A stretch of 63,635 bases of DNA, counting the filler, from Licmophora abbreviata (Eukaryota), in the NCBI GenBank assembly GCA_900291995.1. It is 17 parts of 17 records of this genome, joined end to end, with 100 filler letters (N's around TTAATTAATTAA, not from the genome) between each part and the next. Parts side by side here need not be neighbours in the genome. Positions count along the whole stretch, not along the records: positions 28,664 to 34,756 come from OLMU01004694.1; positions 34,857 to 37,428 come from OLMU01004695.1; positions 37,529 to 39,916 come from OLMU01004696.1; positions 40,017 to 45,840 come from OLMU01004697.1; 13 more parts are not named here. One strand, 5' to 3'. A program made the position numbers and the translations under genes. Shown in pieces: positions 32,853 to 41,703 of the stretch. Position 1 is the stretch's first letter. The number at the start of each line of letters is the position of its first letter. The notes beneath the pieces are model-generated. The model had not been told where the DNA came from and did no database searches. It saw only the letters and a program-made list of their open reading frames with translations.

Positions 32853-33886
32853 TGGAAGACGCATTCGTTCAACTGAATGGCGTGGCCAAGCGCTGGAACG
32901 GCCAGCTCGGTGTCGAGGACATCTCCCTTTCCATTCCGCGTGGGTCTTTCGTGGCGCTTCTTGGGCCGTCGGGCTGTGGTAAGTCGACGACACTTCGGCT
33001 GCTGTCGGGGTTGGAGCTTGCGGATGAGGGCCGGATCATCATCGACGGGAAGGACGTGACCACGGCCGCGCCCTCCGAGCGTAACCTCTCCATGGTGTTC
33101 CAGTCCTATGCGCTTTTCCCGCATCTCACTGTCGCCGAAAACGTGATCTTCGGCCTCAAGGTTCGCAAGGTCGCAGCGGCGGAACGGCGCGAAAAGCTGC
33201 GTCGCGCGCTCGAGATTACCGGCTTGCTCGGCTATGAGGCGCGCAAGCCCGGCGAGCTGTCCGGTGGCCAGCGTCAGCGCGTGGCACTGGCCCGCGCGAT
33301 CGTGGCGAACCAGCCGCTTTGCCTGATGGATGAGCCGCTGTCGAACCTCGATGCAAAGCTGCGCGCTTCGGTGCGTAAGGACATCAAGAAACTGCAGGTC
33401 GATCTGGGGATTACCGTGATCTACGTCACCCATGATCAGACCGAGGCCATGAGCATGGCCGATATCGTTGTCCTGATGAAGGACGGACGCATTCAGCAAG
33501 TCGGCGCACCGGAGAGCCTGTATTACCGCTCCGCCAACACCTTTGTCGCCGAATTCGTCGGGTCCCCGCCGATGGCGCTTGTCGAAGGTTCGGCTCTGCC
33601 CGGCTTTGAAGGCGCCGCAAAGATCGGCCTGCGCGCTGAAAGCCTGCGCTTGGCCAAGCCGGGGCAGGGCCGGTTGAAATGCCTCGTTTCAGAATGCGAG
33701 TTCCTCGGATCCGAGACATTCGTGGGGCTGACGCATCCCGCGGCCAAGGGACTGACCATTTCGATGCCCGGGCTGCAGACCATTCCAACTGGAGAGGAGC
33801 TGGAAATAGATTTTGCCGACGAGGATCTGCATTTTTTCGACGCAGACGGAAATCGAACCAATCACTTAAAACGCGTGTCGGCCTGA
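32849..33886 (+). CDS. ABC transporter ATPase, UgpC/MalK-like
   Basis: GPSGCGKST, MVFQSYALFPH, LSGGQRQR, MDEPLSNLD, YVTHDQ. Confidence 0.95.
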   Translation: MMEDAFVQLNGVAKRWNGQLGVEDISLSIPRGSFVALLGPSGCGKSTTLRLLSGLELADEGRIIIDGKDVTTAAPSERNLSMVFQSYALFPHLTVAENVIFGLKVRKVAAAERREKLRRALEITGLLGYEARKPGELSGGQRQRVALARAIVANQPLCLMDEPLSNLDAKLRASVRKDIKKLQVDLGITVIYVTHDQTEAMSMADIVVLMKDGRIQQVGAPESLYYRSANTFVAEFVGSPPMALVEGSALPGFEGAAKIGLRAESLRLAKPGQGRLKCLVSECEFLGSETFVGLTHPAAKGLTISMPGLQTIPTGEELEIDFADEDLHFFDADGNRTNHLKRVSA

Positions 33887-33928
33887 CCGCCGGCGCACCC
33901 GCACGTGTTCAATCCAAGGGAGACCATC

Positions 33929-34945
33929 ATGAACACTATCAGGAAAATCGGACTGTCCACTGCCATGGCAACCATGATTGCCGCTCCGGTTGCTGCCGAA
34001 ACCGAACTGACGATGTACTACCCCATCGCCGTCGGCGGCGCGCTGACCGAAGTCGTCGATGGCATCGTCGCCAAATTCGAAGAGGCAAACCCCGATATCA
34101 AGGTCAACGCGATCTATTCGGGCAATTACGACGACACCCGCGTGCGCGCCCTTTCGGCCATCGCCTCGGGTGAGCCTGCGCAATTGGCGGTCATGTTCTC
34201 GATCGACGCCTATGATCTGATCGAACAGGAGACGATTGTCGCCTTCGAGGACATCGAAGGTGTCGACACGGCATGGCTTGACAGCTTCTACCCCGCCTTG
34301 ATGGCCAATAGCCGGATCGAAGGCAAAACATGGGGTATCCCGTTCCAGCGGTCTACGATCGTCGCCTATTACAACAAGGACATGTTCCGCGAGGCAGGCC
34401 TTGACCCCGAAGCCCCGCCCGCAAGCTGGGATGAACTGGTCAGCATGGGCAAGGCACTGACCAAGGGTGACACATATGGCCTGATGATCCCGTCCACGGG
34501 CTACCCCTACTGGATGTTCCAGGCCCTTGCCATTCAGAACGGCAAAGAGCTGATGTCCGGCGATGGCCTCGAAACCTATTTCGACGATCCTGCCGTGGTC
34601 GAGACGCTGGAGTTCTGGAAGTCCCTGTCGACCGAACATGGCATCATGCCGACAGGCACGGTCGAGTGGGGCACCCTGCGTCAGGCTTTCCTCGAAGGGC
34701 AGACTGCGATGATGTGGCACTCCACCGGCAATCTGACCGCAGTCAAGAACAGCGCANNNNNNNNNNNNNNNNNNNNNNNNNNNNNNNNNNNNNNNNNNNN
34801 TTAATTAATTAANNNNNNNNNNNNNNNNNNNNNNNNNNNNNNNNNNNNNNNNNNNNAGGCGGCGCTGACGGATGCCAAGTCACCCGCTGACGCGCTGGCC
34901 GAAGCGCAGGCCGCCGCCGAGCGTCTTCTCAAGGACTACCGTTAA
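33929..34945 (+). CDS. ABC substrate-binding protein, UgpB-like, split by spacer 34757-34856
   Basis: Signal peptide, YYPIAVGG, GIPFQRST, YNKDMFREAGLDPE; C-terminal ...LLKDYR with TAA at 34943-34945. Confidence 0.88.
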
Positions 34946-34952
34946 TTCTCAT

Positions 34953-34985
34953 CGGGCGCCAGGTTTCGGCCTGGCGCCCGTTTCC
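34953..34985 (+). terminator. Strong intra-operon hairpin (mRNA stabiliser or partial terminator)
   Basis: CGGGCGCCAGGT-TTCG-GCCTGGCGCCCG, a 12-bp stem with a UUCG loop and a short T run. Confidence 0.7.
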
Positions 34986-35008
34986 GTCAGGGCGAAAGGC
35001 CGGATTGC

Positions 35009-35902
35009 ATGGCAAAGCACGTGAATATCGAACGCCGCAGACAGGCCATTTACGGCTGGCTGTTGCTGTCGCCCGCCATGATCCTTCTCACGGCTTTCGC
35101 CTTCTATCCGTCCCTTGCCACCCTCTGGACAAGCGTGTTCAGCCGTGGAACCCGCCGCCGCCCAAGCGAATTCGTCGGAACCGAGAATTACACCGATCTT
35201 TTTGCCGACCCCACGTTCTGGAAGGTCGTCACGAACAATCTCATCTACGCCGGGGCGACGATCCCGCTGTCCATCGCCATTGCGCTTGGCATGGCTCTGT
35301 GGGCCAATTCCAAGATCCCGGCGCGCAGTTTCGTGCGAACCGCCTATTTCACGCCGACGGTTCTGCCGATGATCGCCGCGGCGAACCTTTGGCTGTTTTT
35401 CTACACACCGGGGCTTGGCGTTCTGGATCAGATCGGGTCCCTGTTCGGTCTGCCGACGGTCAATTGGCTGGGCCAGCCCGAAACGGCGCTTTGGGCCGTG
35501 ATCATCGTGACGATTTGGAAAGAAGCCGGCTTCTTCATGATCTTCTATCTCGCGGCCCTGCAGACCATTCCCGAAGACCTCAAGGAAGCCGCAGATATCG
35601 AAGGGGCCAGTCGCTGGACCTATACGCGCAGGATCGTGCTGCCGCTGCTGATGCCGACAACCTTGTTCATCATGGTAAACGCGTTGATCAATTCCGTGAA
35701 GCTGATCGACCACCTGTTCATCCTGACCAAGGGTGGCCCGAACGATGCGTCCAAGCTGATCCTCTATTACATCTGGGAAATGGCCTTTGCCTTCTTTGAT
35801 GCGCCTCAGGCTGCGGCCATGACGATCATGATCCTGGTGGTGCTCGGCGTCGTCGCAGGTATCAAATTCACCATCCTCGACAAACGGACACATTACCAAT
35901 GA
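35009..35902 (+). CDS. Carbohydrate ABC permease 1 (UgpA-like)
   Basis: EAADIEGAS EAA loop, LTKGGP, transmembrane helices. Confidence 0.92.
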   Translation: MAKHVNIERRRQAIYGWLLLSPAMILLTAFAFYPSLATLWTSVFSRGTRRRPSEFVGTENYTDLFADPTFWKVVTNNLIYAGATIPLSIAIALGMALWANSKIPARSFVRTAYFTPTVLPMIAAANLWLFFYTPGLGVLDQIGSLFGLPTVNWLGQPETALWAVIIVTIWKEAGFFMIFYLAALQTIPEDLKEAADIEGASRWTYTRRIVLPLLMPTTLFIMVNALINSVKLIDHLFILTKGGPNDASKLILYYIWEMAFAFFDAPQAAAMTIMILVVLGVVAGIKFTILDKRTHYQ

Positions 35903-36708
35903 GCGGCCTGTCACGACATATCGAGAGTTTTGGCGCCCTGTTGCTGGCCGTGATCTGGATTTCGCCCTTGGTGTTCGCATTCTGGGCGGCATTTCACACC
36001 ACGTCGGACGCGGTGAATTTCAACCTTGCGGCGCCCTGGACGCTCGACAATTTCCGGACGGCATGGGACGGGGCGCCGTGGCTGCGGTATTTCCTAAATA
36101 CCTTCTTGCTGGTGACTGTCATCCTGATCGGGCAGTTCTTCGTCACGACCCTTGCCGGTTTCGCCTTTGCGCAGGTGCGCTTCCCGGGCCGGGATATCGT
36201 GTTCATTCTCGTGCTCATGCAATTGTTCATTCTGCCCGAGGTTCTGATCGTCGAAAATTACGTCATGGTCTCGCGGCTTGGCATGTTCGATACGATCCTC
36301 GGCGTCGGCATGCCCTACATGGCGTCCGCCTTCGGTATCTTCCTGATGCGGCAGGCCTTCAAGGGCGTCCCGATCGAGCTGCACGAGGCTGCCCGCGTCG
36401 AAGGCTGCGGCTGGTTCGGTATCCTGTGGCGGGTCTATGTGCCCTTGGCACGCCCCACCTACCTTGCTTATGCCCTTGTGTCCGTGTCGACCCATTGGAA
36501 CAATTTCCTCTGGCCGCTGATTGTGACCAACTCGCCGGATACTCGGCCGCTGACCGTCGGTCTGTCGATCTTCGCAGCACCCGAGAACGGCGTGGATATC
36601 AGCGTGATCTCGGCGGCAACGATCATGTCGGTGGCCCCGCTTCTGATTGCGTTCCTCGTCTTCCAGCGGCAATTCGTACAGGCGTTCCTGCGCGCGGGGA
36701 TCAAATAG
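35899..36708 (+). CDS. Carbohydrate ABC permease 2 (UgpE-like)
   Basis: EAARVEG, WNNFLWPL, FQRQFV; ATGA overlap with the upstream gene. Confidence 0.92.
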   Translation: MSGLSRHIESFGALLLAVIWISPLVFAFWAAFHTTSDAVNFNLAAPWTLDNFRTAWDGAPWLRYFLNTFLLVTVILIGQFFVTTLAGFAFAQVRFPGRDIVFILVLMQLFILPEVLIVENYVMVSRLGMFDTILGVGMPYMASAFGIFLMRQAFKGVPIELHEAARVEGCGWFGILWRVYVPLARPTYLAYALVSVSTHWNNFLWPLIVTNSPDTRPLTVGLSIFAAPENGVDISVISAATIMSVAPLLIAFLVFQRQFVQAFLRAGIK

Positions 36709-36710
36709 CG

Positions 36711-37428
36711 ATGGCGCGCCTCCTGCAAATATCGGACCTGCATATCGTCTCCCCCGGTGCTCTGGCGTCCGGGCGGCTTGACACACAGGGCCTACTGCAC
36801 CGTGCGATCGACACGATCAGCGCTCGGCTCGACGCCATGGGCCCGTTCGATGCGGTTCTGGTCACAGGTGACATCAGCGATGACGGCACTGCCGAAAGCT
36901 ATGATCTGGCGCGCTCCGAGCTGGACAGGCTGGGCCTTCCGCTGCTTGTCGTGCCCGGCAACCATGATTGCAGGGAAACCTTGCGCCGTGCCTTTGAAGA
37001 CTTGCCGATGATGCCGCCCACCGGCCTCATCGACTGGCGCTTCGACATGGGCGGTACCACGGTCATCGGTCTCGATACGCTGGTCGAAGGGCAGGGCGGC
37101 GGACGGCTGCGCCCCGAAAGCCTTTCGTTCCTGGCCAACGCGCTCGACACGTCAGATGGCCGCCCTGTTCTGCTGGCGCTGCATCATCCGCCCTTGCGCA
37201 CAGGCATTCGCTTCATGGATGCGATCGGGCTGGAAAACTCCGATGAGCTTGCGGCGGTCCTTGAACGGCGTACCGCGCCGGTGCGGATCGTTGCCGGTCA
37301 TGTGCATGGCGTCCATCACGGCGCGATTGGTCCGCACACGGTCGTCACCGCGCCATCGACCTGCAGCGCCTTCGCGCTCGACCGCCGCGAGGACGCCCCC
37401 ATCGGCTTCATGACGGGGCCCACAGGCT
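36711..37428 (+). CDS. Metallophosphoesterase, CpdA/GpdQ-like phosphodiesterase, 3' end in the spacer
   Basis: QISDLH, TGDISD, PGNHD, LHHPP, GHVH. Confidence 0.9.
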
Positions 37429-37563
37429 NNNNNNNNNNNNNNNNNNNNNNNNNNNNNNNNNNNNNNNNNNNNTTAATTAATTAANNNNNNNNNNNNNNNN
37501 NNNNNNNNNNNNNNNNNNNNNNNNNNNNAAACAAGGCACACGAGGCCAGAACCCGGAGATATA

Positions 37564-39216
37564 ATGGCGAGTACACCCGTCCTGTTCATCATCAACATGG
37601 CCGCCGCTGCGGCGCTCTTGATATGGGCAGTACGCCTTGTCCGAACCGGGTTCGAACGTGCCTTCGGCGGGCAATTGCGGCTCTGGCTGCGCCGATCCAC
37701 CTCCAACCGGTTTGCCGCCGCGTTGTCAGGGGCGTCAACGGCCGTGCTGATGCAAAGTTCCACGGCTGTGGCCGTTCTCATGGCCGGTTTCGTGTCTACC
37801 GGCGCCATGGGAAGCGCCGCGGGCCTGTCGATCATGCTTGGCGCGGATCTTGGTTCATCGCTCGTGGCACTGATGCTCAATTCCCGGATCGCGATCGTGA
37901 CACCGCTTCTGCTGCTGGCCGGGGTGATGATTTTCCTGCGCAGCTCGGCCCGCCGCATGCGTCAGATTGGCCGTATTCTGATCGGGCTGTCGCTGATCTT
38001 CTTGTCGCTCGACCTGATCCGCGATGCCAGCCTGCCGCTGACCGATCTCGCGGGCGCCGAGACCCTGATGCTCTATCTTGCCAAAGATGTGACGGTCGCA
38101 TTCCTTCTCGCGGCCCTGTTCGCCTGGCTTGTGCATTCAAGTGTCGCTGCGGTGCTTCTTTTCGCCACTTTGGCCACGCAAGGGCTTTTGCCGCTTGAGG
38201 CGGCCCTGGCCATGGTGCTTGGCGCCAATCTGGGAGGATCGGTGGTTGCATTCGTGCTCACGTTGAAGGCCAACAGCGCCGTTCGCAGGGTGGTCTGGTG
38301 CAATCTGTTTCTGCGCGGTGGCGGTGCTGCGGCCGCTTTGGCCCTGCTGGTCAAGTTCGATGCGGCAACCGGTCTGCAGGGCGCGGATGCCGGGCAACTT
38401 GCCTTGTACCTCCATCTGCTCTTTAATCTGGCGCTGCTCCTGATCAGCCTTCCGTTTGTCGGTCCGTTGATGCGGATCGCGACAACACTCGTGCGCGAGC
38501 CTGCCCAAAACCCGTCGCCCGGCGAATGGCGTTCAGCCCTTGATATGTCGGTCTTGAATCAGCCGGTGCGGGCTTTCGGCTGCGCCCAACGCGAACTTGT
38601 CGAGATGGGCCACCGATGCGAGATCATGCTGCGTGACGCCCTGCGGCTCTTCGAGACCTATGATGAGACGACCGCCAAGGGATACCGCGCCGAATTTCAG
38701 AATGTCAGCCGCATGTCGCTTGATATCCGAACCTATCTGTCACGTGTCCGCAGCAAGGATGACGTCACCGGAAACCGTGCCTTCGATCTTTCGACTATCG
38801 CGGTCAATCTCGAGGCCGGCGCGGATGTCGTTGCGCGTAAGATGGTCGATCTAGCGCGGTCCAAGGACATCGAGGATCTGCAATTTTCCACGGATGGATG
38901 GCGCGAACTGACCGATTTTCATGACGTGGTGCTGCGCAATGCGCAGCATGCGATTTCCGTGCTGATGTCCGAGGATGTCGGCCTGGCCCGGGAACTCGTC
39001 GAGCAGAAAGAACGGGTGCGCGATCTCGAGCAACGACTCCAGCGCGCCCATCTGCAACGGCTCCGCGCTGGCCTGACCGAGACGTTCGAGACCAGTGCCA
39101 TTCACCTCGATCTGTTGCGCTCTCTGAAGATGCTCAACACCAGCTTTGCGATGGTCGCCTATCCTCTGCTCGAGGAACGTGGCGAACTTCTGGAAAGCCG
39201 TCTGGCGACATCGTGA
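37564..39216 (+). CDS. Na+/Pi cotransporter family protein with PhoU-like C-terminal domains
   Basis: QSSTA and HSSVA repeats, LGADLGS and LGANLGG, and a helical tail ending HLQRL...ETSAIHLD. Confidence 0.9.
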   Translation: MASTPVLFIINMAAAAALLIWAVRLVRTGFERAFGGQLRLWLRRSTSNRFAAALSGASTAVLMQSSTAVAVLMAGFVSTGAMGSAAGLSIMLGADLGSSLVALMLNSRIAIVTPLLLLAGVMIFLRSSARRMRQIGRILIGLSLIFLSLDLIRDASLPLTDLAGAETLMLYLAKDVTVAFLLAALFAWLVHSSVAAVLLFATLATQGLLPLEAALAMVLGANLGGSVVAFVLTLKANSAVRRVVWCNLFLRGGGAAAALALLVKFDAATGLQGADAGQLALYLHLLFNLALLLISLPFVGPLMRIATTLVREPAQNPSPGEWRSALDMSVLNQPVRAFGCAQRELVEMGHRCEIMLRDALRLFETYDETTAKGYRAEFQNVSRMSLDIRTYLSRVRSKDDVTGNRAFDLSTIAVNLEAGADVVARKMVDLARSKDIEDLQFSTDGWRELTDFHDVVLRNAQHAISVLMSEDVGLARELVEQKERVRDLEQRLQRAHLQRLRAGLTETFETSAIHLDLLRSLKMLNTSFAMVAYPLLEERGELLESRLATS

Positions 39217-39331
39217 CCTCCTTTTTTGATCTCTTCACAACCTTGTGGGTGACCGACAGGCCATGATGCCGAACCGCAAATTTGCACTATCATGCGGCTT
39301 ATGAACCTGTTCAAACGAAAGAGGCTTGCCC

Positions 39332-39820
39332 ATGACCAAAGCTAGGATTGGCCGCCGGACCCTCATGAAGACAGGGGCCGCGACACTGATGGCAACCGGC
39401 ACCGGCCTGATGTCGCCCGTTTGGGCGCAGGGTCTTGCTCCAACGGAAACAATGCGCGGCGGATCGAACAATTACTTGCCCGGAGCGCCTATCGTCGAAC
39501 GGATCGGTGGCGGGGGCTTCCTGATGTCCGGCACCGTGCGCCGTGCGGGTGATGGCGCGCCGCTCGAAGGCATTCGCATCCAGATCTGGGCTCATACCAC
39601 CGAAGGGTTCGAGCGTGACCCGCACAGTCATGGCGCAACGCTGACCAACGCGGACGGTGAATTCCAGCTAGAGATGCCGCAGATCGTGCCGGCATTTGGA
39701 CAACCTCACGCGCATCTTGCCTATGACAGCGGCACGTTCGAGACGGTGTTTCTTCGCCCGGTCATGACAAGTCCTCGCGATACCAGCCTCAGCGCGCATT
39801 TTGTGCTGAAACCTGCCTGA
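39332..39820 (+). CDS. Tat-exported intradiol dioxygenase-like protein
   Basis: GRRTLMK Tat motif, GTVRRAGDGAPLEGIRIQIW, TNADGEF, PHAH. Confidence 0.75.
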   Translation: MTKARIGRRTLMKTGAATLMATGTGLMSPVWAQGLAPTETMRGGSNNYLPGAPIVERIGGGGFLMSGTVRRAGDGAPLEGIRIQIWAHTTEGFERDPHSHGATLTNADGEFQLEMPQIVPAFGQPHAHLAYDSGTFETVFLRPVMTSPRDTSLSAHFVLKPA

Positions 39821-39822
39821 TC

Positions 39823-40485
39823 GTGACTGTCCTAAGGGCGCTTCTGGTCTGGAGCCTGCTTGCCGGAGTGATGGTCGTGCCCGTGATCGTCGCGACGGAC
39901 AGCGAGTTCCTGCAATNNNNNNNNNNNNNNNNNNNNNNNNNNNNNNNNNNNNNNNNNNNNTTAATTAATTAANNNNNNNNNNNNNNNNNNNNNNNNNNNN
40001 NNNNNNNNNNNNNNNNGCAGCCATTGCTGGCCTCCGGGCTTCTTCCCGGTCTGCCGATGGCCGTCGGGCGCAGGGTGCATCGCTGGACCGGGGTGGCGCT
40101 GTTGCTCGCCATCGCCGTGCATGTCGTGGGCCTTTGGATCACAAGCCCTCCGGACATGATCGACGCGCTGACATTCACGGCGCCGACGGCGTTCTCGGTG
40201 TTCGGTGTCATCGCGATGTGGGCCTTGATCGCGGCAGCGCTCTTGGCCGGGTTTCGCAAGAAACTGCGCCTGCGCCCGCAGCTATGGCGCCTTGCCCATG
40301 TCACGTGGGCAGCGGTTGTGGTCGTCGGTAGCGTGGCCCATGCGATCCTGATCGAGGGCACGATGGGCACCGTTTCCAAGATCCTGATATGCGCGGTGTT
40401 GATCGTCGCCATGGCGCTGACAGTGCATCGGCTGCAGCCCTGGATAGGGGTCTGGCGCAGGGGGGCGGCCAATCTGCGGCGTTGA
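39823..40485 (+). CDS. Ferric-reductase-like transmembrane protein, split by spacer 39917-40016
   Basis: GTG start 2 nt after the upstream stop; His pairs in HRWTG...AVHV and WRLAH...VAHA. Confidence 0.72.
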
Positions 40486-40586
40486 CCTTATAATAAGACT
40501 TTGCTGCCATCCATGTTTGCAAACCGCCGTTCCTTTTAAGGATCACCGGAGTGCAAAATCCGGACCCTGAAATAACCTGTCAAAAA

Positions 40587-40606
40587 TGTATGTAGACAAA
40601 CAAGAT
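40587..40606. promoter_or_regulatory. Imperfect palindrome, candidate MarR operator
   Basis: TGTATGTAGACAAACA matches its reverse complement at 12 of 16 positions. ACAAACAAGAT recurs at 49626-49636. Confidence 0.45.
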
Positions 40607-40854
40607 AAATCAGCATCAGTCGCTTGGGCTATCCCGCATTCCTTCTCTTTTTAGGCCCAAATCACTTCCCAAAAGGGCTATATCCGCCGCCTAAAATATC
40701 ATCAGATCAAAAGTCGATGCATATATTGTTAGTATGGGATCGAAAAATATCTTGTCGGAATCCCGAGGCTCTGTAAGATTTGACCAAGGTTGAGGTGGCA
40801 GGCGCGCCCCAAAAGGCGCCGTATCCTGCCCCGGCCAGAATGGGAGAGGTATCC

Positions 40855-41688
40855 TTGACGCAGTATCTTCGTCCGCAAACGCTGCCCGAGGCGCTGGCCG
40901 CCCTGCAGGCAAATCCCGATCTGACGATCGTTGCGGGCGGGACCGATATCTACCCTTCCCTTGCCGAAGACGTTCAGCATGCCAACCTGCTGGATATTAC
41001 CGGACTGTCTGCGCTGCGCGACATCACCCGCCCCCAAGGCGGTCTGCGCATCGGCGCATTGGCCACTTGGTCGGATCTGCAGGCGGCGGATCTGGGCCCG
41101 GCTTTCTTGGCTTTGCAAGAAGCCGGTCGCGAAGTCGGCTCGCCGCAGATCCAGAATGCCGCGACGGTGGTCGGCAATCTTTGCAATGCCTCACCTGCCG
41201 CGGATGGCACCGTGGCGCTCATGGCTCTGGGGGCCGAGGTCGAAATCGCAGGCCCCGAAGGTCCAAGGCGCCTGCCGCTCGAGGCTTTCGTGACCGGGGT
41301 GCGCCGTGTGGACCTCAACAAGGGTGAGATCGTCACGGCCCTACATCTGCCCGCTTTGTCCGGGCGCTCCGCTTTCGTGAAGCTCGGCGCGCGCAAATAT
41401 CTCGTCATCTCGATCGCAATGGTCGCCGCCCATGTGCAGCTCGATGCGTCCAGCCGTATCGCTCGCGCGGCGATCGCGGTCGGCTCCTGTGCGCCGGTGG
41501 CGCAACGGCTGCGGGCGCTCGAAGCGGCGCTGGTAGGCGCGCGCGCCAAGGATTTGACAAGCGTGGTGCGCCCCGAATTGATCAAAGGCCTGACCCCGAT
41601 CACCGATGTGCGGGGCGAGGCGGCCTATCGCGAAGCGGTTGTGCCGGTGCTTGTGCGCAGGGCGCTTGCGCGCTGCATGGACCCCTGA
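40855..41688 (+). CDS. Xanthine-dehydrogenase-family FAD subunit (nicotinate dehydrogenase NdhF-like)
   Basis: YLRPQTLPEAL, VAGGTD, QIQNAATVVGNLCNASPAAD, PITDVRG; likely TTG start after GAGAGG. Confidence 0.9.
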   Translation: MTQYLRPQTLPEALAALQANPDLTIVAGGTDIYPSLAEDVQHANLLDITGLSALRDITRPQGGLRIGALATWSDLQAADLGPAFLALQEAGREVGSPQIQNAATVVGNLCNASPAADGTVALMALGAEVEIAGPEGPRRLPLEAFVTGVRRVDLNKGEIVTALHLPALSGRSAFVKLGARKYLVISIAMVAAHVQLDASSRIARAAIAVGSCAPVAQRLRALEAALVGARAKDLTSVVRPELIKGLTPITDVRGEAAYREAVVPVLVRRALARCMDP

Positions 41689-41703
41689 GGCAGGAGAGCG
41701 CCG

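Noticed and set aside
36063..36710. Long N-terminal extension on the phosphodiesterase (473-aa ORF)
   Set aside because: It overlaps the permease in another frame; the motifs begin at ATG 36711.
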